A DNA stretch of 64,000 nt from positions 81,902,001 to 81,966,000 of the forward strand of contig OX597820.1 of NCBI GenBank assembly GCA_951406725.2, read 5' to 3'. Under the pieces are notes generated by a model, which was not told the DNA's origin, made no database searches, and was given only the letters and a program-made list of their open reading frames with translations. Shown one piece after another: positions 13,329-28,055 of the stretch. This stretch comes from Octopus vulgaris (lineage: Eukaryota). Numbering within the stretch: position 1 is the first letter of the stretch; every line of letters begins with the position of its first letter. The position numbers and the translations under genes are program-made.

Positions 13329-14393
13329 ATTCTTATTGCATCAGGATATTTGGTTTTACCTTGAGAGTTTACTTTTAATATATACATATGCCCATGCATA
13401 TATGCATGCTTATATAAATATCTAAAAGTGTGTATGTTTTACGCTCATACACACACACACTGAAAGATATAATGAGAGAAAGAAGGAAGCAAAATATGTG
13501 TGCGTATGTTTACGAGTGCATGTTTATATGTAGACTAACTGTTTGACCACAAACCTGAAAATGCATTTTACGTTCACCATAATTATAGGAGTTAGAAATA
13601 TCTTTCTGAAAGTTTCTGGCAGTAATTATTGAACATCCCAGGTCCCAGCTACTACAGATGCTACTAGAAGTTAAATATCTCTTCTAAAATATCCTTGCGA
13701 AATTTAGTTGATTTCACCAAAAGCTGAACGAAACAGCTACTCGCTTAAAAGCATGCTAGAAAAATGTCAGATGTTAGATGTCAGGGATACAAGTAATTAT
13801 TTACGAACGACAGAAAAACTCTTGTAAATTCAATGAAGACACTGAAATAAGACAGGAAAATACCAACGGGAAGCAAAATCAAAATTAAGAAAATATATTT
13901 TATAAAACAAACAGAACGCTTGATCTTTTAAAATGAAAGACGGAATTAAAAAAAAAAAATTTTTTAGATATTCGTGCTCCGAATTTTATGATAAATACCG
14001 TGATAGCCACGACAGGAATGTAACAATTGCTAGCTAATAAATCAATCACGGTGGAGTTGATGTAACGTATGTCAACTCAGTAAATTAATCGACTGTTTGA
14101 TGCCAGTTTAGTCTTATTGATAGATGTCTAAAGATGTTAGGCGATATGTTTCTTGTGAAAGGGATACAATATAGTGGTATGACATTACGAAATGCTAATA
14201 TTTTTGGTGGTAGGTTTGTCCACCACAACCACGTAAAAAAAAAATATAATGCAGTACATGTAAGCGTGTACTCAAAAATCTCTGTGATAGATACTGTAAT
14301 TCAGCGACACTTTTAACTACTTTCAGCTCGAGAACTACAGCCGTGTTGGGCATTGCCGTTAAATAATCCGAGTCTATGCTTCAATAATTTCCG

Positions 14394-14459
<66 letters not shown>

Positions 14460-14460
14460 A

Positions 14461-14511
<51 letters not shown>

Positions 14512-14689
14512 CTGTCTGTCTGTCTATCTATCTCTGCGTATATTCAACTGAACTTCTCTAAAATTAAAGCATGAAGTACTACTGAAGTGTTTATATTTTC
14601 TGTGAATAACTTTAGAAAAATAACTAAATATAATGTATATTTTCACTTTATGAATAAAATTTTAAACAATAGCTTTTTAATACTGTGTC

Positions 14690-15200
14690 GAGTTAAAAGT
14701 ATTGCAATATTTTTGTGACTTAGTTGCTATATTCGTCAAGTTCCGACAAAAGCAGCTTATCATTCAAAGTAATAATCGTTGTGCTGCACCGTCTGAAGCC
14801 ACCTTTCTGCCAGTTCTTTGCTCGCAGAGAATACCAGCTCTTGTCCTTCGCGGCTTGGTTTCTTGGTCGAGGAAGTGAGCCATAGATCGGGACAAGTAAT
14901 AATCCGAGGGAATTTGGTCCAGATTATATGCCGAGTGTGGCATCAATTCAGTTCCCTCAAGTTCTTGGACTTTATTCCGGGTCGTTCGAGCGGAAGTACT
15001 GTTGCAGATGACCTCACTTTCTGTTTACCAATGCCGAGTATTTCTGCTATACAGCAGCATAATCCATTTCATTTGTTCGGATTACAGGTTGGCAACGATG
15101 GTTCGATCGTCCAAAACTAACTCGTAGTGAATTATTGCCTCGAAAGACAAGAATTGGTATCAGCTGGAATCAAAGGACTGGCAGAGAAATGGTTCCAAAC
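14690..15200 (-). pseudogene. Mariner transposase remnant
   Basis: PHSAYNLDQIPSDYYLSRSM resembles the mariner motif HPPYSPDLAPSDYHLFRSM. Confidence 0.65.
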
Positions 15201-17113
15201 AGCGCAAAACGATAGCCTCTACTTTGAATGCTAGACTTCTTCTGTTGTAACTTGATGAATAAAGCAAATAAGTTACGAAGAAATTGTAAAACTTTTGACT
15301 CAAGACAAAAGATTTCCCACAATGTTCATTTTGCGTATCTATGGAAGAGTTACACAAGAACTAATTCATAATTGAATAATTAGTTTTACTTCAGTCCTTG
15401 TAGTTTTTCCTCTTGCATAACCATCTAAATTGTTGTTGTGTGAATCATACACACACACACACACACATACACATCATCTATCAATTACCTTTCTTCTGTA
15501 TTTGAAAAATATATTAAAATTTACAATGTGTGGAGAAATTACACTAAAATGCAAAACTATCTATTTTAAGGTGGGGAGTATTTTACTAGTACTTTATTTT
15601 ATCAGCCCCGAAAAGAGTGATGCAGGATTTGAACTCAGAGAGTAAATGACTGGAAAAAATACTACAAGTAAGATTTTTTTTCTAAAGCTCTAACGATGTT
15701 GCTGCATTGCTATTATTGAAACTGACTTTGTAACAACACAGCAAAGCGAAATAGTACAGCAGCACAGCAAAAAATCTTCACAAGAAAATTACAAAAATAT
15801 GAAATATATATAAACGCACGTTTCAAAACTCATATTTAGCACAAATAAATAACAAATATGCAATTGATACCTGACTAAATATCTAAATATAGAGCTTTAA
15901 AAAATATTTAAAGCCTGAGGTAATGGGGGAAAACACCTTAGCTTTCAAAGGACAGCATAGAGTGTTAAGTACAATGAAGCTAATGACTGTAGGAAAAACC
16001 TGGGCAAAAAAAAAACCGACTCCCCAAGGGTTGCATATCTGGTGAGTGAGTTTTGAATGAAATGCAAATATTTTTTCTTTCCTAAAATATGAAGTAGATT
16101 TTCAGAGAAGTTGAACCAAAATAGAATATTTATACCATTTACCATTCTATTATTGCTTCTCTCATATATGCGATCAATGAATATAGAATTCACATTTGTG
16201 ATCAATGAATATAGAAGAGTAAAAGTACGTGACCAAGTGGTTAGGTTGCTTGACTTGCGATCATTATATCAATGGTTCAATTTCTGGACCGGGCGACGCG
16301 TTGTATACTTGAGGAAGGTCTTCATTTCATTCTATTCAGTTGAAAATGCCGCCCTCTCTCTCTCTCCCTGTTTCTCTCTCCCTCTCCCCGTTTCTCTCTC
16401 TATCTCTCCCTCAAGAGAAAGAGAATGTCGTGAATGTCTACTCACGAATACATAAGCACTAAAATCAATTAACGAAAGCATGGTAATATTCCCAAGTCAT
16501 ACTTGGTCACGGGTGGCCACTGGCAATTTAATGAATACGAAATGTATACGAAATGGAAACAACAATGTCTTCAATGTCTTCACCAGTGATGACTCGTTCA
16601 AAATGTAACGGTTTAAATACGTTACTACCAGTGATAAAACATTGAAGTTGCTGCTGATAAAATATGGTAATATTAGTATCTGTATTCAGTCAATATTCGT
16701 TATAAATATGTATTTAAACCCAACCTTACGTAATTTTTTCGCTTATATATTTGATTTGCAGGATACTTGCTGTGAATTCGTGTGTTGAAAAATAATTTGT
16801 TGTATCTCGAGAGGTCATTATTCCAATGATAAACCCAAGCACTGGTTCTGTTTCATTTCTTTATTAACATTTCTAAAAAAAACCTTTGTCAATTAGTTAA
16901 CTATCTACTCTGTTAAATAATTCATTGATTAATCGTTGGGTTAATCAATCGGTTAGCTTTGTCAAAGTCCTTTTGTCGTCATTCGCGACTTCATCGATGA
17001 TATGCCCTCTTTTCTCCAGGTCTGCTTTAGATCAGCTTGTCTGTCTCTTAGTTTGTAGCTTCTATATTTATATTGTTGGATTTAGGTGAGAGAGAGAGAG
17101 ACAAAAAGGAAAC

Positions 17114-17178
<65 letters not shown>

Positions 17179-17754
17179 ATGTGAGAGTGCACGTTCGTGC
17201 GTGTGGGCGCTATGGGTGTGTGCGCGCGTGTTTGTTTCTGTTTTATAGTATGTGTTAAAGAGAACGTGTCTGAGTTAGTGCGTTAGAGAGACCAAGTGTG
17301 TGTGTGTATGTGTGTTTGTGTGTGTGTGTGTTTGTTTGTGTGGATGCGCTGGTTCATATCTGTGTATAGTGTAGATTTTGTGAACGATAGTGTCCGGTAA
17401 AACGCTTCTTTCTTTATATCGTTATTCATTTTAAGGTTAGTGCCTATATCTTTTTTAAGACTGTTTATATGTGCATGTATGCCTTTATAGTCAGATGGGT
17501 TTTCCATCTTTTGGAGTGACATGGATGGAAATACAATTTAATCACTTTATCTCTTATTCTAATGACTCAAAGAAAGAAATAATTTGAGTACTGATATGTG
17601 AACGTATATATTGTAATTGTTTGAATCTGTTTAGCTCGGGCATTGCCATCTACATTTTATTATAACATGTGATACATACCGACCTGAATTCTATTATGCC
17701 ATATACGAATATATATCATATGCTGCATTCTTTTGTTCTTTTATCCATTTACAT

Positions 17755-18163
17755 GGAGTGGCTGTGTGGTAAGTAGCTTGCTAACCAACCACATGGTTCC
17801 GGGTTCAGTCCCACTGCGTGACATCTTGGGCAAGTGTCTTCTGCTATAGCCTCGGGCCGACCAAAGCCTTGTGAGTGGATTTGGTAGACGGAAACTGAAA
17901 GAAGCCTGCCGTATATATGTATATATATGTTATATATGTCTGTGTGTGTATATGTTTATCTGTGTTTGTCCCTCTAGCATTGCTTGACAACCGATGCTGG
18001 TGTGTTTACGTCCCGTCACTTAGCGGTTTGACAAAAGAGGCCGATAGAATAAGTACTGGGCTTACAAAGAATAAATCCTGGGGTCGATTTTCTCGACTAA
18101 AGGCGGTGCCCCAGCATGGCCGCAGTCAAATGACTGAAACAAGTAAAAGAGTAAAAGAGTAAA
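17755..18163 (+). mobile_element. tRNA-derived SINE family A, near full length
   Basis: A-box-like gtggctgtgtggta, B-box-like ggttcagtccc, internal microsatellite and a (gtaaaaga)n tail. Many copies occur in this window. Confidence 0.85.
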
Positions 18164-18710
18164 GAAAGAGACTGTGGAAATCCTTTGGCACCGACTTGAA
18201 AAAATTTTAGTTGGTTGGATCGTCCCCGACACTTATTTTTAAAAACCTACTACATATTCTATCGGCCTCTTTGGCCGAATCGCTAAGCTACGGAAACATA
18301 TACACATCAACACCGGTTATCAACAATGGCGGGGACAAACACATACGCGCGCACGTGCACACACACACACACACACACAAGCACACAGCATAGTATTAAA
18401 TTAATGTGGTCGTACAATTTGTCATTTCGATAAATCAACCATAAATATATATAGCAAATATATTGATACTGACAGAAAATTAGCTGTTCCACTGAAACAA
18501 TGGAGGCACGCTGTTGAGAATTCCTATTTGTATTAAACTGTGCAGTCCAGTGGTCTAGATTTGCTTTGCTCATGGGGTAGTCATCTACCCTGTCAGTATA
18601 TATATAAATATACTTTTACACAGCTATCAGTGGTTTAACTCTTATCTCTAGCAATATATGTGTTTGTAGCACATACAGTCACAATTAGTGAGGAGTTAAT
18701 TTTAGCTATA

Positions 18711-18917
18711 CTCTTTACTCTTTACTCTTTTACTTGTTTCAGTCATTTGACTGCGGCCATGCTGGAGCACCGCCTTTAATCGAGCAACTCGACTCCGGGA
18801 CTTATTCTTTTGTAAGCCCAGTACTTATTCTATCGGTCTCGAACGGAGACATAAACACACCAGCATCGGTTGTCAAGCAATGCTAGAGGGACAAACACAG
18901 ACACACAAACACACACA

Positions 18918-19007
<90 letters not shown>

Positions 19008-19173
19008 TAGATAGATAGATAGATAGATGCATACATATATACGACGGGCTTCTTTCAGTTTCCGTCTAGCAAATCCACTTACAAGGCTTTGGTCGGCCCG
19101 AGGCTATAGTAGGAACTGAACCCGGAACCAGGTGGTTGGTAAACAAGCTACTTACCACACAGCTACTCCTGCG

Positions 19174-19175
<2 letters not shown>
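18711..19175 (-). mobile_element. SINE family A (internal deletion)
   Basis: Reverse complement of 17755-18163. Confidence 0.85.
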
Positions 19176-19247
<72 letters not shown>

Positions 19248-20216
19248 GCTCCTTTCAGCTTCCCTCTGCTAAATGCACTCACCAGTCTTTGATCAGCCCG
19301 AAACTATAGTAGAAGACACTATACCAATACGCCACGCAATGGGATTGAATGGGAAGCAAACTTCTTACTGTATCTATATATACATAAACGCCACGTATAT
19401 ACGTACATATGTATGGTTGTACGTATGTATTTGTGTGTACCAATTCATCCGACTTATTTACATGAGCCATAGTGCAAATACTCTTCTGCATGTGCCCCAA
19501 CAGAGAGACCTTTTAATATATCCTGAGCAACCGTTCCAAGTGGGCAAAGACCACTCTCGTTCGAAACATGAGTATATCCTCAAGCACATCACAGAAGATA
19601 CAACTCATGCTAAAAAGGTTGTATTTTGAGGTTGTAAGAACAATCTAAGAAAAAACGCAAGAAATGATGATTTTTTTTTGTCCACAGTACGAGATTGGTT
19701 AATGCATGACTTGAAGTGACAGTTGAAAATTCCTTCATAGTTATAGATTAGACCTTGTCGAGACAAGGCATCATTTTCATTTTTTGAAACCACAAAACAG
19801 CTACCTGTCCCTTGAGAGATGGTGGATGATGCGCAATAGGGTAAAATACCAGAAATTAATGGGAGTCTGTTATAGGCATAAGCACATACCCATGTATGCG
19901 GGCAGTTGAAGGTTTGCAGGTCGTTCCCATGATAAGGTTTATGGAGCTTTGGGTATTACAGGACTGATCAGGAATAGAGTCATCACCAACAACGTACAGA
20001 CAGCAGAGAAGAGATATACACGATTCTGGTTTAAGAGGAGTGGAATCAGTAAAATGTTAGATAGATACAGGCTGAGACTTAGTCAACCACAGCTGTATCA
20101 CTTAGATAAGAGAGTGTATGTTGCAAGATTCGAAATATTTACTAATTCTAAAATGCAGCACATGATATATCCTATATATGCAAATATTTGCCCCACCACC
20201 ACCAATATATGCATAT

Positions 20217-20420
20217 GTTTGTCCCCCACCCTACCATCGCTTGACAACCGATGCTGGTGTATTTGCGTCCCTGTAGTTTCACTGTTCGGCAAAAGAGGTC
20301 AATAGAATACGTACTAGGCTTACAAAGAATAAGTCCTGGGGTCGATTTGTTCGACTAAAGGCGGTGCTCCAGCATGGCCGCAGTCAAATGACTGGAACAA
20401 ATAAAAGGATAAAAGAGTAT
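20217..20420 (+). mobile_element. SINE family A 3' half
   Basis: Matches ~17965-18160. Confidence 0.8.
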
Positions 20421-20527
20421 ATACTATGTTGCATATCAATACACAATGTAGACTACATGTCAATATCAGTCTGCATAATGAAGCAAATACTATTTTATTG
20501 TTTCTATTTATGTATATAAACGCACAC

Positions 20528-20561
<34 letters not shown>

Positions 20562-20604
20562 ATGTATGAATGTGTAATGTGTATGCATGTATGTTTAAAT
20601 ATAT

Positions 20605-20918
20605 AGGATAGGAGCACTCCGTCGGTTACGACGACGAGGGTCCCAGCTGAACAGCCTGCTCGAGAAATTAACGTGCAAGTGACTGAGCAATCCACAGAAA
20701 CGCGTACCCCTAACGTAGTTCTCATGGAGATTCAGCGTGACACAGAGTGTGACAAGGCCGGCCCTTTGAAATACAAGTACAACTCACTTTTGCTAGCTGA
20801 GTGGACTGGAGCAAGGTGAAATAAATTGTCTTGCTCAAGAACACAACGTGTTGCCGGGAATCGAACTCACGACCTTACAATCGTGAGCCAAATGCCTTCA
20901 CCACTAAGCCACATGCCT
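20605..20918 (-). mobile_element. tRNA-derived SINE family D
   Basis: The minus-strand head has the B box agttcgattcc. It is collinear with 61355-61650. Confidence 0.75.
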
Positions 20919-20947
20919 TGAGTCATTATATATGTTTGAATATATAA

Positions 20948-20988
<41 letters not shown>

Positions 20989-21626
20989 TTTATATATATA
21001 TATATATATACATACATATTTTACATATATACTTATGTATATATGTATATATACATATGTGTATATGTATATATACCTATAGACACAGGCGCACGCGCAC
21101 GCACACATACACAAGCCCACACGCACACACATACGAGTAAGTGAACAAACGAGAGAAAATGACACTCAACACATTTTGTAGTAGTTACATATATTTTTAA
21201 TACCAATTTGATTTAGTTCCATATGACTTAAAATTTCATTAGTGAATAGGACGCGTCCATCTCATCAGGTATCCGGAGAGGAGTGAATGTAACAACATCA
21301 AATTTGGTAAAGATTGCTGTCGTTAATGTTTTTATAGTCCATTCAATGACTACTGACTCGCGTCAATAACCCACCCTACCATGTGCAAAGAATACAAAGA
21401 ATTCATGAGGTTGAATACAGTACATCGGATCTTGACGCTAGAGTGGCACAGCATATTGCCAACTTCCTGTCAAAGCACGTGGGTCTAACAATAGAGTACA
21501 TGGTGTCGCTTCCACAGCATTAACATCATGTGACATAAGCAAACCAATACAAATATAACATCTAGAATGATATCTTGAATTTGTCTCATATCTCTCATTC
21601 TTCTGATATTTGATGGGATGAGATCT

Positions 21627-21845
21627 AAGGCAGTGAGCTGGCAGAACCATTAACGTGACTGGTTACATGCTTAGCAGCACTTCGTCCTTGTTTACGTCCT
21701 GAGTTCAAATTCTGCCTTGGTTGGCTTTGCTTTTTATCCTATCGGAGTCAGTAAAATAAATACTAATTGAGCATTTGGGTCGACGTAATCGCCTTGCACC
21801 TCTCCCAAATTGCAGACCTTGTACCAAAATATGAAACTGATATTT
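21627..21845 (+). mobile_element. SINE family C (diverged)
   Basis: gagctggcagaa...gagttcaaattc, homologous to 59933-60168. Confidence 0.7.
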
Positions 21846-21922
21846 GATGAGATGGAGGCGGCGTCATGCACCCACAAACGTTTAAATCATATGCAGCTGA
21901 GGGATATATATATATAATATAT

Positions 21923-21987
<65 letters not shown>

Positions 21988-22500
21988 CAAAACATTCAAA
22001 TACTGAGATTTGAAATCAAACGTCACTACTGTTCATATCATTTGTGGATAAATTTTAAAATTGATGATATCACCAGCAGTGACATAGGTGGATCGCAGGT
22101 GCAATAGCATTAAATAGCTATGAATTATAAATTTGCACGAAGCGTAATGATGCTTAACAAGCATCTACCTGCTAGAAATAAGAGCTAAAGTCTTAAATTA
22201 ATCCACCGTACCGCACCAAGATAACAAGAGAAAAAACAGTATGCGAGGAAAACAGAAAGAATTAAAACATTTAACAGCACAAAATAAAAATATTATGCAA
22301 TTAAGGATATCCACACATATGTGTGTGTATGTGTGTGTGTGTGTGTGTATGTGTGTGTGTGTATTTTGTTACTATTGACGTATCAAGAAGTATTTACGGT
22401 TGTTTATTCTTCTCTTACTGGTCTTTTACATTCTCAAAAGCCTAGAAGGGGATGTGTGAAAAATCACATTTTTATTTCATACTAGAATGTAGCGAAAACA

Positions 22501-23000
22501 TCTTTATATATAAAAGTGAAGTTGTGTGTCTGTCTCCCACGATTTAGATTCCTAACTACTCCCACATTTTGCGGTGCAGTTTAACCAAAACCGGGTATCT
22601 TATAGTCGTGATTCATATCGAACGCTTCTGGGTATTAGCGCGCGTCTACGATGAGTCTACGATTTAAGAAAAAAATTACCATCATTTTTTTCAGTTTTAA
22701 TGCATTTTTTCGCTATTATATAAGGGAAGTAACTCTCTAAAAATGTCTACGATGAGTCAACGATTTAAAAAAAAATTTACCATAATTTTTTTTCCATTTT
22801 AATGCATTTTTTCGCTATTATATAAGGGAAGTTACTCTCTAAAAATGTCTACGATGAGTCAACGATTTAAAAAAAATTTACCATAATTTTTTTTCCATTT
22901 TTAATGCATATTTTTTGCTATTTTGTGGCTATAACTCTCTAAAAATGCTTATATAGTTATTTCCCTTACACACCCGAGCAACGCCGGGCGATACTGCTTG
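22501..23000 (+). mobile_element. Non-autonomous Helitron with three internal ~100-bp tandem repeats
   Basis: 5' TC after host A, subterminal hairpin cccgagcaacgccggg, 3' CTTG (CTAG variant) before host T, no TSD. Tandem repeats at ~22645-22947. Confidence 0.75.
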
Positions 23001-23585
23001 TAGCAAATAAGAGACGTCAGCTGTTTCCAGTTAGCAAATGAAATACTGTAAGATGAAGATCACCGTGTTTGTGTTTGTTTTTGTTTACTTGTCCATTAAA
23101 GCTGTGACTAATCCAACTTATCCAATGAGAATGCAGCAGCTTAAAGAATTACTGGCCTTGATTACAAAACAACTTCAGCACACTTGTATCATGACACATT
23201 ACAACATATGTACCTGTCCACATACGCGTGTGCACACTCACTATCACATATACATGCATATATATATACATATAAACATACATCGTTAAAAAAAAAATGG
23301 AGACAAAGATTTATGAGCATGGTGCATTCGATAAATTACAGGTATTGGTGTGTATGTGTGTATGTATATATGTATGTGTGTGTGTGTGTGTGTGTGCATG
23401 CGCACGCGTGTGTTTATAGTGATTTCATTGGCACTATATTGTTATTAACTTTATTTTCTTCATTTCGTTTTATTTGTTAATGTATTTCGTGTACATAATC
23501 TTTGTCGCAATACATACATATACGCACGCACGCACGCACACACACACACATACACACACACACGCATATATATACATATACATAC

Positions 23586-23673
<88 letters not shown>

Positions 23674-23684
23674 TATAGTATATT

Positions 23685-24217
23685 TTAATAAAAATAGTTT
23701 ATCACGTGCCCGTTTACAGAATTGTAACCGTGGCTGAAGTGTTTGTGCCGGTGAAAACGGTACATTTGTTGTTTCCGATAGCTGGCTGTATAGCAGCATC
23801 GATGAAAATCTTGGGGTCTTCGAGAGACGCAACTTTGAAAATTAAACATCAACGATTTGATTGCATTCTTTTCCTCCCATACTTTCTTCTTTTGTAAGTC
23901 GTTTCCTTTATAGTTCGTGCTACTACCGTCATCATCATCGTCGTCATTCTTGTGGTCTTTGTAGATTCTATAAAGAGGAGATACCTTGCTTGATCTGGCC
24001 AAATGGCGGTTACCGCGCACATCAAATTTCCTGCGAATGAATTTCAGTTGAGAGCTGCCACCATTGCTGCTGCCTGTGAAATGTTTTCTCAGCCATTGAA
24101 TTCTATTCTGGTTTCGTTTGTCGTATCTGGCTTTATAGACATCGGAATGGCAGTGGAAACCACGTTCACCAGCTACTCGCCCCAGATAGCAACACACATT
24201 TGGACGGTCAGCATTAT
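23685..24217 (-). CDS. Probable terminal coding exon of a host gene with an anaphylatoxin-like Cys pattern
   Basis: Polypyrimidine acceptor ttcctttttgcag at 24230-24218 (phase 1). A 533-nt non-repetitive open frame to a stop reads NADRPNVCCYLGRVAGERGFHC...CVSRRPQDFHRCC...YFY*. The upstream exon was not identified. Confidence 0.6.
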
Positions 24218-24887
24218 CTGCAAAAAGGAATTTGAAAATTATTATAAGAATTTAGAGTACAATTTTCGTCTCAGATTTATGAGCCTACATTTTCCATAAA
24301 AGAAGGGGCAACACTGTGTAATGTACATACTTCAGCTAAAGGACAACGTTGATGGTACTAAAATTTCAACTAGATGACCAGATTACGACCAAAGAACTTG
24401 TGTTCCTGCAGGGAGGGATGTGGGAGTATATTTGCTATTTATTTTCCCAAAGACTTCAAAGAAGAGAAATAAACTAACGAATAATGCAGGAATCTTACAC
24501 TGAGCTACTACTTAACCCAGGGATTATATTACTCTGCAGTAATTAATGCGATTAGTGAGAGAGAAGAAGTCTCTTAGTCACAAATACAATGTCCTGCTAA
24601 TAACAACTTGAGAACCCTAATATCGTAGTAGGATGTTGATGAAGTTGAAATTGTGTTGTGAACATGATTTACTAGAGATTTATGTTTAAATCTACATCCT
24701 TTATTCTGTCCCTGTGACCAAGAACATCTACAGTTGGACAGAGATAAATAATGTGATGATAAGTGAGATTGGGGTAGGTGTGGTTGTGTGGTAAGAAGCT
24801 TGCTTCGCAACCACATGGTTCCGGGTTCAGTCCCACTGTGTAGCAACTTGGGTTTCTTTTACTATAGCCTCGGACCCACCGAACTCT

Positions 24888-24923
<36 letters not shown>

Positions 24924-25288
24924 AAATTTAGAGGAATGACCACTAAAGTGGACATCCATTATGCTAAACATAGACGTCAAATCGCCATTACCACGAAGAA
25001 TGTGTTCTCAAGACAAATCTCAGCAAAAAAAAACAAAACACATTCTTCGTGGTAATGCCGATTTGACGTCTATGTTTAGCATAAAGGATGTCCACTTTAG
25101 TGGTCATTCCTCTAAATTTTGTATGTAACACAATTTTTAATCTTCAGATTTTTAAAATATGCTAAGTTACTGGTTTTAATTGATTAATATCAATTTCTAC
25201 CCTTATTATTTAATTTTATACACACACACACATATATATATATGCAAAATGGGACAAGAACGCAAGCGGCGTACGTACACTTTGTTCT

Positions 25289-25349
<61 letters not shown>

Positions 25350-25716
25350 GACAGGATTCTTTTCAGTTTCTGCCTATATGTGTGTGTTTCTCCCCCGCTT
25401 TTGCATAACAACCGGTGTTAGTTTGGTTACGTCCCCGTAATTTAGCGGTTCGGCAAAACAGCGATAGAATATGTACCAGGCTTTCAAAAAAGGAAGTATT
25501 GGAGTTAATTCGTTCTCTTTTAGCGCCTTATAATTTAACACACTCATAATTTAACACATTTCCACTCATTTTCCTTTAGAAATATAAAGAAGGAAAATGT
25601 TAAATTATAAGGCACTAAAAGAGAACGAGTCTCCCCAGACACAACAGAATATGTTTCAACACACGACATCACATAAAGAATCTTGCAAACCAAATCCCAA
25701 AACGAAGTACATATAC

Positions 25717-25765
<49 letters not shown>

Positions 25766-25846
25766 TCCCGGGTTGATTCGGGGTTAACCACAGTAAATAA
25801 GGTACTCAATACATAGCAGAGTAAAATTAATTTATTATATAGAAGG

Positions 25847-25897
25847 AGCTTCTACAGGACTAGAACTGTTTCATTCAAGAGAAATCTTCAGGAAGCT
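25847..25897 (-). ncRNA. Minimal type I hammerhead ribozyme
   Basis: Reverse complement of agcttcCTGAAGA...GAAACagttctagtcctGTAgaagct. Confidence 0.85.
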
Positions 25898-26492
25898 AGT
25901 TAACAAGAATTGTATTGGCATTTATACATTTAGGCAGGTTTAAAGGGGTGTTGGTGGGGGACTTTTTGGGGGTAGGCATAGCGCAAAATATCATACTTGG
26001 GGGAGTGGTCAAGGAGTCAGTGTTAAATTAGATAGAAGAATAAATAAAAAAATAAAAAAACATATATATATAAAAAACAAAAAGGGAATAGAGTTTTAGG
26101 TAAATAAGGAGATTCTCACTTATGCCTATGCACATATGTATACATATATACACACACATACAAACATATATACATATACATACACACATACATACACACA
26201 CACATATATACATATATATACACTTACACATACATATACATATCTACACATACACATATATATATATATATATGTATACATACACACACTCACATGCATA
26301 CACGTATACACACATGTATATAAACACACGACCACACATACATATACACACAGAAAAATATATATACACATACACACACATACTCACATACACGCATACA
26401 CACACATATCCACACACACATGCACACACAGCACACTAGTCCCTATATACACATATATACACATACACACATATATATACACACACATACAT

Positions 26493-26525
<33 letters not shown>

Positions 26526-26554
26526 CATATGTGTACCTATGCATACCAACACAT

Positions 26555-26599
<45 letters not shown>

Positions 26600-26806
26600 T
26601 ATACATATATATACACACATACATATACATACATATACACACATACACATACATACGTATACATACATACATCAATACATCCATACATACATACATTTAT
26701 ACACATACACACACCCACACGTATACATATACATACACATATATACGCGTATACATACACATACAAATACATACACATACGCATATACATATACATACAT
26801 ACATAT

Positions 26807-26851
<45 letters not shown>

Positions 26852-28004
26852 CACACATATACATATACATACATACATATACAAATATACGCACACACAT
26901 ACATACATACTCATATACACATACACGCACATACACATGTACATGCGTACCCATACACACACACACACACACACGCGCATCCATATATACACATAAGTAC
27001 ACACATGCGTAAAAGTATACATATATCTATGCTTACACATACACACACACACACGTGTAGGTACGCGTACGTATGTGTATATACGTGAATGTATGTAGAT
27101 GTATGTATGTATGAATATAACGCGTGCCTGCGTGTATGTGTATGAGTGTACGAATGAGTGAGTGTACGTGCTAAAGAGTGTGCGTGAGTGAATGAGTGCT
27201 TGTTTTCCAGTAGACAGATAAATGGACTGGCTGTCATAGCCAAGATGTTTGTGACCAGCGGTCAAAGATAACAAAAGTAATAAATGAAGATAATAAAATT
27301 AAAATTAGGGAATGGGTCTGTATTTGTATGTGTATATATATGTGTGTATGTGTAGGTATGCATAGGTACACATATGTATATATATATATATATATATGTA
27401 TGTATATGTATGTGTGTGTATATATGTGTGTATGTGTATATATGTGTATATAGGGACTAGTGTGCTGTGTGTGCATGTGTGTGTGTGGATATGTGTGTGT
27501 ATGCGTGTATGTGAGTATGTGTGTGTATGTGTATATATATTTTTCTGTGTGTATATGTATGTGTGGTCGTGTGTTTATATACATGTGTGTATACGTGTAT
27601 GCATGTGAGTGTGTGTATGTATACATATATATATATATATATATGTGTGTATGTGTAGATATGTATATGTATGTGTAAGTGTATATATATGTATATATGT
27701 GTGTGTGTATGTATGTGTGTATGTATATGTATATATGTTTGTATGTGTGTGTATATATGTATACATATGTGCATAGGCATAAGTGAGAATCTCCTTATTT
27801 ACCTAAAACTCTATTCCCTTTTTGTTTTTTATATATATATGTTTTTTTATTTTTTTATTTATTCTTCTATCTAATTTAACACTGACTCCTTGACCACTCC
27901 CCCAAGTATGATATTTTGCGCTATGCCTACCCCCAAAAAGTCCCCCACCAACACCCCTTTAAACCTGCCTAAATGTATAAATGCCAATACAATTCTTGTT
28001 AACT

Positions 28005-28055
28005 AGCTTCCTGAAGATTTCTCTTGAATGAAACAGTTCTAGTCCTGTAGAAGCT
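28005..28055 (+). ncRNA. Minimal type I hammerhead ribozyme
   Basis: Identical to 271-321. Confidence 0.85.

Noticed and set aside
22645-22947. Regularly spaced repeats resembling a CRISPR array
   Set aside because: The ~100-bp units are contiguous with no unique spacers, lie inside a Helitron, and there are no cas genes in this eukaryotic context.
24003-24299. Plus-strand hydrophobic 98-aa ORF
   Set aside because: It is the antisense shadow of the better-supported minus-strand exon.
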